This document shows, piece by piece, positions 49,156 through 59,154 of a stretch of 64,000 nt of DNA (position 1 is its first letter; each line of letters begins with the position of its first letter). Under the pieces are notes generated by a model, which saw only the letters and a program-made list of their open reading frames with translations, did not search any database and was not told where the DNA came from. The position numbers and the translations under genes were made by a program. Source of the DNA: Chiloscyllium plagiosum (Eukaryota); the NCBI RefSeq assembly GCF_004010195.1, contig NC_057760.1, positions 3,151,954 to 3,215,953 of the forward strand. The letters are read 5' to 3'.

Positions 49156-52115
49156 GTCTGGCTTCAGCCAGAGCCCCTGTAGATGTAGACACTGTGACTC
49201 ATCTTCCTCCGTTCTTTCATATTGTTTTTGTATGTTTTCCCATGTGGACAAGAAATGAAACTCTATAGAACTCATTACCAACTCCTGCAGATGTAAATAA
49301 ACCCTTCTGGTATTTGTGTACACAAATCTCACTGTACAGACCACAGTGGTACAAGGTGTAGGAGGAGCACAGAACCCATAGAGTAGAATAACCTGACAAC
49401 CCCCAGAGCACAAATCATCTGCCATGTAAGCTCAGGAATGGCAGTGTTATGTATGTATTTCCTGGATTATTCTCAAAGTGTAAATACTGTGTGGTTGAGA
49501 TTCCAGGCTCAATCCTGAGGCATAGTTTGCTAGGCCCTAATCATGTGATCTGTACAGTGATCCAATTTTTCATTTACTGGTATGAGGCAGAGTTTGTGCA
49601 ATTTTTAGTGTAGCTGTCCAGAGTAACCTTACCCAGTTAGATTCAATACAATAATCAAGTCCGAGGGTGAAGCACAGGGCTGTTGGGTACGATGGGGAAG
49701 CACAGGGAGAATTTATTCCTTCCAATTTGAAACTGGTGATTACTGGAGAGTATGTGTGTGTGTGTGAGAGAGATGTGTTGAGGGGCAAAGGAGTAAAGGG
49801 TTGTGGCTGGCTTGGTGTGCGGGAAGTGATAGAATCATCACAGTCACTGGTTAATTCCTAACCAGACCCAATTAATGAACCTAAGCACACTAACTGAGCC
49901 CTTTGAGTCTGGTCATCATTTACAAATGAAATATTAAAATCAGAATCTTATTACAAGTTGAAACTCCTTTCCCTTTTCCATCCCTCACTCCTTGTGTCTC
50001 CCTTTCCTGTACCTGTCTCGACCCATGGTGCTCACTTAACAGTAGGCCGATGTGGTGACAATCAGTGGCTCTGTGGCTGTTGTAAGGAGTGATCCATTGT
50101 CAATCGCCAAATATTTTTCTACTCTGCGTCTCGTTTTAATTCTCTGGTGAGAGGTTTGTTCAGACTTGTGAATGCTATAGATTTAGAAACTAGTATGTGT
50201 GAGCGTGTAACTGTTTTTGTGCAGTTGTGCGACTATTCCTTGCTGCCTTGTTGTCTGTCTGTGTAAAACCCGGTGATAGATGGAGGTTATCTGTATAGTT
50301 TCAGATATAATAGAGTACAATTGTAGTGTGTCTGAATTTTAGCTGTTTTGTATTATATTTAAAGAAAGAGGCCTCTCAATGGCAAAGATCTACTCCAAGC
50401 TGTAACAAAATAAATAAAGAACTGTGGACCATCCATTGCTGGCTATGCCCCTTATCTTAATTGTTTTGGATTGCCTTTGATCTATCTTACCCGAGGAGCT
50501 ACAGTTACTTTAACACTCAGGATCGTGAAGAGAAAAATCAAGTCAGTCTCCTGCACTCTAACTGGACACTGGATGAAAATGGGTTGAGGACCCAACAGTC
50601 AAACCTTACCAACACACTGTTTTGATTCACACATTTGGATCACCACCCAGGGAGGAAGTTCAATGCTCAAGAAGCTTTTATGAGGCAGCTGTGTCACTTT
50701 AAGAAACTAGAGAACCTGAGATTAGTGAGGTCTTCAAAACTACAAGGGATTTCAACAGAGTATATGGGGGAAAACAAGCAGAAGACCCAGAAACCAAAGG
50801 ACACAAATTTAAAAGTGAAAGGGGAGATGACTTTCATGCGGTCAGTTGTTGTAATCTGCCTGGATGAGCAGATTTACAAATAATATTTTAAAGGAAATTG
50901 AATAAATCCTTAAAATGGTAGGTTTGCAGGACTTGGGGAGAGTATGACAAATCGAACAATTCTTTCTAACAACTAGTATAGGAGTGATGAGCTAAATAGA
51001 TGCTTTCTGTTCTGATTTATTTCACATGATAGAGATAATTGAAATTGCAAGGCAAACAAATTTATTTTCTTGATCAATTGCCATATTTAAAGCAGCACAT
51101 GACCAAAGTCTTGCCTTGTTGGAACATTTCAGCAGTGTGTAATATGACAGTGACTCCTGTCTGAATCAGTCCTTTTGTCCTGGGGCTTGCATAACCTACT
51201 CAGAGCCCTTCAGTCTTTTGAAAGTGCTTCCAGTTTGACTGCCACATTCAGGTCATGTTTGGACCCTCCCAGACATGCCGGGCTCCTGTCGAAGNNNNNN
51301 NNNNNNNNNNNNNNNNNNNNNNNNNNNNNNNNNNNNNNNNNNNNNNNNNNNNNNNNNNNNNNNNNNNNNNNNNNNNNNNNNNNNNNNNNNNNNNNNNNNN
51401 NNNNNNNNNNNNNNNNNNNNNNNNNNNNNNNNNNNNNNNNNNNNNNNNNNNNNNNNNNNNNNNNNNNNNNNNNNNNNNNNNNNNNNNNNNNNNNNNNNNN
51501 NNNNNNNNNNNNNNNNNNNNNNNNNNNNNNNNNNNNNNNNNNNNNNNNNNNNNNNNNNNNNNNNNNNNNNNNNNNNNNNNNNNNNNNNNNNNNNNNNNNN
51601 NNNNNNNNNNNNNNNNNNNNNNNNNNNNNNNNNNNNNNNNNNNNNNNNNNNNNNNNNNNNNNNNNNNNNNNNNNNNNNNNNNNNNNNNNNNNNNNNNNNN
51701 NNNNNNNNNNNNNNNNNNNNNNNNNNNNNNNNNNNNNNNNNNNNNNNNNNNNNNNNNNNNNNNNNNNNNNNNNNNNNNNNNNNNNNNNNNNNNNGTAATG
51801 TAATGTAATGTAATCTAATCTAATCTCTAAATCGCCCCTCTGGACCCAAATGTATTACTCCTCTCTCACCATAAATCGTTCGTTTTAGTCAGTGTTTTAG
51901 GTTGACATAAATAATCAGTGGGATGGTGGCAGTTTCCCTTTCCGAGAGAAGATTAACAAAGTATTTGGGCTGTTTAATTAATCAAGTGGTTTTTCATCTT
52001 TCTATGTTGTGGGGTTATTAGATTCAATGTTTTACATGGCCCCAATGGGGCTGACAACCTCTGTGTTATTCCCCCAGCAATAAAACTATCAGAACACTGT
52101 TTTGTAATGGTGAAA

Positions 52116-52121
52116 AATAAA
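52116..52121 (+). terminator. Candidate distal SV2A poly(A) signal (alternatives near 49296 and at 50409-50418)
   Basis: AATAAA with upstream TGTA and downstream TG-rich sequence, near the end of unique sequence before the repeat block. Confidence 0.35.
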
Positions 52122-52487
52122 CTTCTATTTGATGAATTGTGTTTCCAGTTCCAAAGTGTTTCACAGTCAATAAATTGTCCTTAACATGCTGCTGTGTAAA
52201 TGAATATATTAGTCAATTCACCTAGAGCAAATTGTTGCAATCATTAGGGAGTTAACTGCATACTTAAACAGTTTAGCTGCTATTTGTTCTGTGAGAAAAC
52301 TCCAAAAGAAAGCTTTCTGTTTTTCTTCAAATTAAGTGATGGACCCTTCACGCCACTTGACAGGCAATGAATTGTCAGTCTGGGTCATAAACTGAAATCC
52401 TGGAATGGGGCTTGAACCCGCAACTGAATGATTCAGAAATTACAGCAAAAAAGCCAGATCCGTAAACAATTAAAGTAACGATGCAAG

Positions 52488-53340
52488 TTGGAGAAAGTGA
52501 GGACTGCAGATGCTGGAGATCAGTCGAAAAGTGTGGTGCTGAAAGAGCACAGCCGGTCAGGCAGCATCCAAGGATCAGAGTTAAAAATCACACAACACCA
52601 GGTTATAGTCCAACAGGTTTAATTGGAAGCACTAGCTTTCGGAGCATCGCTCCTTCATCAGGTGGTAGTGGAGGGCTCAGTCCTAACACACAGAATTTAT
52701 AGCAAACATTTACAGTGTGATGTAACTGAAATTATACATTGAAAAATTGATTGTCTGTTAAGTATTTCATCTGTTAGAATACAGTGATAGTTTCACTTCT
52801 TTCATGTGTAAATCACAAAACCTTTTTAAAAAAAAGTTGCGTTCTCGGGTTAGCTGTTAACAATGGTGATAGCTAGATAATATGTTGAAGGTATTGGCCC
52901 CCTGTGTTCTCTGTCTATGACCTGATGTTTAGATTGATTCTAATCTAAAAAGTGAGATAACAGAGTTTTATATAAATTCATGCAGTTTTTGAGCTCAGAG
53001 TTCTACATGAATGTATGCAGTTTTTGAGCAAAGTACAATGTAACCCTGCAAGTACAAATTCACCCCACAAAATATATGTGTGCATGTGGGTCTTTGTCTG
53101 TGTGTGTGTGTGTCTGGGGTGGGGGTTGTGAGTGTGAGAAAGTGTATGTGTGTGTGTGTGTGTGTAGTGAGTGCAGAGTGTCTTAAGTCTGTGAGAGGGT
53201 GCATGTGTGAGTGTGAGAGTGTGTGTGGGTGTCTGTGTGTGCGTATGTGTGTATGTGTGCGCATCTGTGTGTATGTGTATCCATGTGTATGTGTGTATAG
53301 GAGTGCCTGTGTGTGTGTGAGAGTGTGTGTGTGCAGGAGT
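52488..53340 (-). mobile_element. Penelope-like element end(s) with intact minimal hammerhead motif and (TG)n-rich region
   Basis: 52488-52577 matches the GATGCTGCCTGACC family; 52580 onward is a different family carrying the hammerhead. No coding remnant seen, so PLE assignment is by motif only. Confidence 0.6.
52630..52664 (-). ncRNA. Minimal type I hammerhead ribozyme motif
   Basis: 5'-CAC CUGAUGA A GGAGC-GAU-GCUCC GAAA G CUA^GUG-3': intact core, 5-bp stem II, 3-bp stem I, palindromic AGCU helix III. Confidence 0.75.
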
Positions 53341-53431
53341 ATCTTGTTTTATCTGGTTAAGATATAGGGGAAGCTGAATTGGTAAAAGCTTGCTAAAGAA
53401 GAGGCTGCCCAGTTGATCTCTCCGAAAGACC

Positions 53432-54490
53432 ACATAACAGAGCAGCAGGAGTAGGCCATTCAGCCCATTTTGTTTGGTCTGCCATTCAATGAGATTATGG
53501 CAGAGCTGATCGTCCTCAACTCCATTTTCCTGCCTTTTTCTCTATAACCCTTTATTCCCTTACTGATTAAAAATCTGTCTATCTCTATCTTGAATACACT
53601 TAACCATCCAGCCTTGACAACCTTTTGTGATAAAGAATTATACAAATTCACCAAGAGAAGAAATTCTTCATCTCTGCCTTAAAAGGGTGACCCCTTATTC
53701 TGAGATTATGCTGCATGATCATGGATTTTCCCACAAGGGGAAACAATCTCTCTGCATCTAACTGTTGTGTCCCCTAAAGACTTTTATGTTTCAATAAGGT
53801 TGCTTCCAAGTCTTCTAAACTCCAATGAGGACAGACCCAACCTGGGCAGCACGGTGGCTCAGTGGTTAGCGCTGCTGCCTCGCAGCACCAGGGTCCCAGG
53901 TTCAATCACCAGCCTCGGGCGACTGTCTGTGTAGAGTTTGCACATTCTCCCCGCGTCTGCGTGGGTTTGCTCCGGTTTCCTCCCACAGTCCAAAGATGCG
54001 CGGGTTAGGTGAATTGCCATGCCAAATTGCCCGTAGTGTTAGGTGCATTAGTCAGAAGGAAATAGGTCTGGGTGGGTTACTCTTCAGAGAGTCTGGTTGG
54101 GCTGAAGGGCCTGTTTCTGCACTGGAGGGAATCTAATTTACTCGATGCCACCTCATAAGTCAGTTCCTCCATATCTGAGGTCAGCCTCACAAACCTTCTC
54201 TGTACTATCTTCAATGTCATTTTCATTTCCACAGAGAGGGACCCAAAACTGTTCATTGTGGTCTAACTGGTGCCTTGTACATTTTTAGCAAATGCCTGGA
54301 CTTCTCTACATTTATACTCAACTCCCTTTGAAATAAAGACTAACATTCCATTTATCTTCCTTCTAATATGCAGAATCTTTGAGATTTATGCATGAGGTTT
54401 TCTAATTCTGTCTGTGTTGTAGTTCTTTACAGTCCTTTTCAATTTAAATAATATTCAGCTCCTCTATTCTTCCTGCCAAAGTGCATTCCC
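53432..54490 (-). mobile_element. Decayed CR1 LINE 3' part interrupted by HE1
   Basis: LYNSLSQKVVKAGWLSVFKIEIDRFL..KGIKGY; AATGGCCTACTCCTGCT 3' end. Confidence 0.8.
53843..54137 (+). mobile_element. HE1-type V-SINE
   Basis: GGGCAGCACGGTGGCTCAGTGGTTAGC head, V domain. Confidence 0.85.
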
Positions 54491-54699
54491 AATTCTGAAA
54501 AGAAAGCAATCTATATCATTTCAGGGGGAAACCTGTTTGTTCTTTTGGTAGATTGATTGAAGGAACATCTTAAGGTTGTGTTTCCTGAGCAAGCAAGACT
54601 TCAAAGACACTTGGGTATTGTTAGTGACTTGACCATATGTGCTAGAACATCAGAGCAACAGACCCCAGATCATCTTACACTTTATCATTTCTAATCATT

Positions 54700-55260
54700 G
54701 AATATTACAACATAGAAAGAGGCCCTCAGTTTCCATGCCAGTCATCAAGTACCCATCTATTCTAACCCCATTTTTCCAGCATGTATGCTGTGTTATGTCA
54801 AGTGCTCAGTTAAATTCTTCTTAAATGTCTTGAGGGTACTTGCCTTTATTATCCTTTAGGCGGTCAGTTCAAGAGACCTGCTACCTTCTGATTAAAGTGT
54901 ACAAAGTAATGAAGGGCATACACAACATAGACTGGGAGAAATTTTCCCCTTAGTAAACTTCAATGCAAACTATCAGGGGGCACAGTTTTAAGGTAAGCAC
55001 ACTCTGGGTGAAAATAATTTTCCTCAAATCCCCTCTAAACTTCCAAAATGTTATCTTAAAACTTAGTCTCCTAGTTATTAATCGATTTAGTAAGGGGAAA
55101 AGTTTCTCAATATTTACCTTGTGTATGCCACTCATAACTTTGTACACTGCAGTCAGACCGTCCCCCGTCCCCCCCCCCCTCAGTCTGCGCTATGCAAAAC
55201 AACCTCAGCTTACTGCGTCTCTCATCCGAGTTGAATTCCTCCAGTCCCAACAACATGAAT
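54700..55260. mobile_element. CR1 3' fragments (minus-strand copy with a short plus-strand CR1 piece at ~54890-54995)
   Basis: YKVMSGIHKVNIEKLFPL...FRGDLRKIIFTQ; TIRGHSFKV on the opposite strand. Confidence 0.65.
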
Positions 55261-55681
55261 AACCTCTTGGTCAACGTAGTTGCTTTTCTTCCAGAAGGCT
55301 AATTTCTGCAAAGTTAGTTTTTCTTTTTTCTTAAATAGTGTTTGTGTGTATTTTGGGGAAATTTAAACCTTTGTTCTTAACATTTTGATTAAGTTTTGTT
55401 TTGGTGATAAACCTATAGTTGTGCATGTTAAAAAAAAACCTATTTGGTAAATCCTGTTGTTTAAAAATTGATATGGATAAAGTATTTAATTAGTGAAAGA
55501 AAAACAGAAGTGGCTGCAGAAACTCAGCAGGTCTGGTAGTGTCTGTGGAGGGACAAAGTTAATGTTTTGATTTGAACATGACTCTTTTTCAGAATAATGA
55601 GGGTTAGAACACCGAAGAAGAATCATATCAGATTTGATTGATTGTTGTCACATGTACTGATATACAATGAAAAGTGTTGTT

Positions 55682-56438
55682 GTGGTTCTGTTCGCTGAGC
55701 TGGGAATTTGTGTTGCAGATGTTTCGTCCCCTGTCTAGGTGACATCCTCAGTGCTTGGGAGCCTCCTGTGAAGCGCTTCTGTGATCTTTCCTCCGGCATT
55801 TATAGTGATTTGTCTCTGCCGCTTCCGGTTGTCAGTTCCAGCTGTCCGCTGCAGTGGCCGGTATATTGGGTCCAGGTAAATGTGTTTGTTGATAGAATCT
55901 GTGGATGAGTGCCATGCCTCTAGGAATTCCCTGGCTGTTCTCTGTTTGGCTTGTCCTATAATAATAGTGTTGTCCCAGTCAAACTCATGTTGCTTGTCAT
56001 CTGCGTGTGTGGCTACTAAGGATAGCTGGTCGTGTCATTTCGTGGCTAGTTGGTGTTCATGGATGCGGATCGTTAGTTGTCTTCCTGTTTGTCTTATGTA
56101 GGGACAACACTACTATTATAGGACAAGCCAAACAGAGAACAGGCAAGGGATTCCTAGATGCAGGCACTCATCCACAGATTCTATCAACAAACACATCGAC
56201 CTGGACCCAGTATACCGGCCACTGCAGCGGACAGCTGGAACTGACAACCGGAAGCGGCAGAGAAAAACCACTATAAATGCCGGAGGAAACAACACAGAAG
56301 CGCTTCACAGGAGGCTCCCAAGCACTGGGGATGTCACCTAGACAGGGGACGAAACGTCTGCAACACAAATTCCCAGCTCGGCGAACAGAACCACAACAAC
56401 GAGCACCCGAGCTACAAATCTTCTCACAGACTTTGAAG
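55682..56438. mobile_element. Penelope/Poseidon-like element as a diverging inverted pair, with 14-bp TSD
   Basis: TGAAAAGTGTTGTT at 55668-55681 and 56439-56452; minus arm translates YIRQTGRQLTIRIHEHQLAT...HEFDWDNT..IGQAKQRTAREFLEAWHS (GIY-YIG C-part). Confidence 0.88.
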
Positions 56439-56850
56439 TGAAAAGTGTTGTTTTATGTGTCTTACAGGCAGATCATACCATACAAAGTGCATCAGGGAGG
56501 AGAATACAATGCAGAATAGAGTGTTACAGCTGCAGAAAAGATGCACAGAGAAAGAGAGAGAGAGAGAGAGAGAGATCAGAATTAACATTTGAGATACCCA
56601 ATCCAACCACTGATAACAGTGGGGAAGAAGCTGTTCTTGAATCTGTTAGAATTTCTATTCAAACTTTTATATCTTCTGCCTAATGGAAGAGGTGAAAGAG
56701 AGTATAACTGGAGTGGGAAGGGGTCTTTGATAATGTTGGTTGTTTTCCTGAGGAAGCGAGAAGTATAGATGGAGTCAATGGAGCCGTGTTCACGACTCTG
56801 TAATTTCTTGTGGTCTCGCGGGAGCAGTTGCCATACCACGTCTGATGCAT
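56439..56850 (-). mobile_element. Rex/Babar-like LINE 3' fragment (its extreme 3' end lies at ~55630-55681)
   Basis: SIDSIYTSRFLRKTTNIIKDP...LPLGRRYKSL...NRFKNSFFP. Confidence 0.75.
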
Positions 56851-57084
56851 CAAGATAAGATGCTTTATATGGTCTGTTTTTGTCTCCAATAGATGCTTCC
56901 AGATCTGCTGAGTTTCTCCAGCAATTTCTGTTTTTATTTTAGATTTTCATCATCCGCAGTATTTCACTTTGATTAGGTTGGTGACTTTGGTAACTGGACA
57001 GAGTATATTTATTTTATGTGTGACTCATCAAACAATGGGACTAGAGAGACAGTGCACTTTTCTCCAGGCCCAGTCACAGCAATA

Positions 57085-57990
57085 AATTGAATTGAATTTA
57101 TTGTCACAGTCTTGCGAGCGATACAGGCAGATCACAGAGTTAAGTAGCATAGATAAGCAATTAATAGGTAAACAGCGGCAAAAACAAAAACACAGATACA
57201 GGCGAATGTTAAAAGTTTGTGAGTCCGTTCAGTATTCTAACAACAGCAGGGTAGAAACTGTTGTGAAACCGGCTGGTGCGTGTGTTCACGCTTCTGTACC
57301 TTCTCCCCAGTGGTAGAGGTTGTAGAAAAACATTGCCAGGGTGGGATGGTTCTTTGAGAATGCTGGTGGCCTTTCCCTGACAGTGGGTCTAGTAGATGGA
57401 TTCTATAGATGGGAGGTTGGCCTTTGTGATAGTCCGGGCCGAGTTCACCACTCTCTGTAACCGTCTCTGATCTTGAATGGTACAGTTGCCACACCAGGTA
57501 GTGATACATCCAGACAGAATGCTCTCGATGGCGTACCTATAAAAATTGGCAAGGGTATTTGCCATCATGCCAAATTTCCTCAGCTGCCTGAGGAAGAAGA
57601 GACGTTGTTGGGCCTTTCTAACCAGTGTGTCCACATGACGAGTCCAAGAAAGCTTGTTGTGAATGACCACTCCCAGGAGCTTAACACTCTCCACTCGTTC
57701 CACCTCTGTACTGTTGATGTGTAGGGAGGCATGAGTAACATTCAACTGAAAGTCAATAATGAGTTCCTTCACTTTGCCAGCATTGAGAGCTCGATTGTTC
57801 TCAGTGTACCATTTTTCCAGGTCTTCCACCTCCCGTCTGTAGTCTGTTTCGTCGCCGTCTGAGATTCGACCGACTGTAGAATCTTCACTGATTGTGGCCT
57901 GTGGGTCAGGAAACTGAGGATCCAGTTGCAGAGTGTGGGGCTTAGTCTGAGATCACTAAGTTTAGTAATCAGTCTCGAGGGGATAATGAG
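57085..57990 (-). mobile_element. Rex/Babar-like LINE fragment
   Basis: [13 protein letters not shown]...VERVESVKLLGV...KAQQRLFFLRQLRKFGM...FYRYAIESILSGCITTW. Confidence 0.85.
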
Positions 57991-58309
57991 ATAATAAAAG
58001 AGGAAGTAAAAGGAAAGAGGTTTTCATCGAGACAACAGTGAGATGTTGCGACATCTGTGGAAGTGGGATGAACACATCAGGGAGAATGGAATAAAAGGTT
58101 TGGTTGATGGGCTAGGAAGAGGTTTCAGTGCAACACAAGTATTGACGCTCACCCGATTAGCCTTTTATTATGCAGCAAATTTAATGCAAACTACCACCTG
58201 GTCAGATTTCAAGCTTCTGCAAACACTCCAAAAATGTGTGCATTCTTGTTTTGATTTGAGTCGGGCATTCACTTTATTGTATCCTTTTAAGCATAAAATG
58301 AAAAACACC

Positions 58310-58815
58310 TCCTTCACTGTTTGATCACACAACATTGCCCTTTGATGTGAAGGGCACTGCTTGTCACTAGCCACTTGGGTGTTTCCTTTTCTTCCTGGGT
58401 GGTGGAAATTGAATAAAGATTTGTACACCTTGTGTCTTTCACTGTGTCTCACACCTGCGCACACACACACAACATGGGGGCGGAGGAATAAATAAGCAGT
58501 TAGGAGGTAGTGTGGGGGTAATATAGAGAAAATAATATTAAAATAAAAGATTTGTACACCTTGTGTTTTCCACTGTGTCTCACATCTACACACACAACAT
58601 GGTTGCTGGGAAAAATAAGTACTACCGCAGTTAGGTGGTAGTGTGAGAGTAATATCTAAAAAACGTATATAAAAAAAAAAGATTTGTACACCTAGTGTCT
58701 TTCAGTGTGTCTCACATCTACACACACAATATGGGTGCGGGGGAATAAATAAGTACTACCGCAGTTAGGTGGTAGTGTGGGGGTAATATATAAAAAAAAG
58801 TTTATTAAAAAAAAA
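58310..58815 (+). mobile_element. Tx1-like 3'UTR with triplicated terminal ~135 bp
   Basis: Reverse complement of the 25161-26238 3'UTR; AAAGATTTGTACACCT recurs at ~58415, ~58546, ~58678. Confidence 0.75.
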
Positions 58816-58820
58816 TGGTG

Positions 58821-59154
58821 TGGGCGGCACGGTGGTTAGCACTGCTGCCTCACAGCGCCAGAGACCCGGGTTCAATTCCCGCCTCAGGCGACTGACTGTG
58901 TGGAGTTTGCACGTTCTCCCCGTGTCTGCGTGGGTTTCCTCCGGGTGCTCCGGTTTACTCCCNNNNNNNNNNNNNNNNNNNNNNNNNNNNNNNNNNNNNN
59001 NNNNNNNNNGCTCCGGTTTCCTCCCACAGTCCAAAGATGTGCAGGTCAAGGTGAATTGGCCATGCTAAAATTGCCCGTAGTGTTAGGTAAGGGGTAAATG
59101 TAGGGGTATGGGTGGGTTGCGCTTCGGCGGGTCGGTGTGGACTTGTTGGGCCGA
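58821..59154 (+). mobile_element. HE1-type V-SINE fused to the 48-bp array
   Basis: Head and V domain; ends at GGGCCGA. Confidence 0.88.

Noticed and set aside
53843..53915. tRNA gene-like sequences at HE1 heads
   Set aside because: A/B boxes continue into the V-SINE body; these are SINEs, not tRNA genes.
55555..55595. Further hammerhead-like remnant (minus strand)
   Set aside because: Core too mutated (CTGAAAA...CAAAAC) to call; only a decayed relative of family D.
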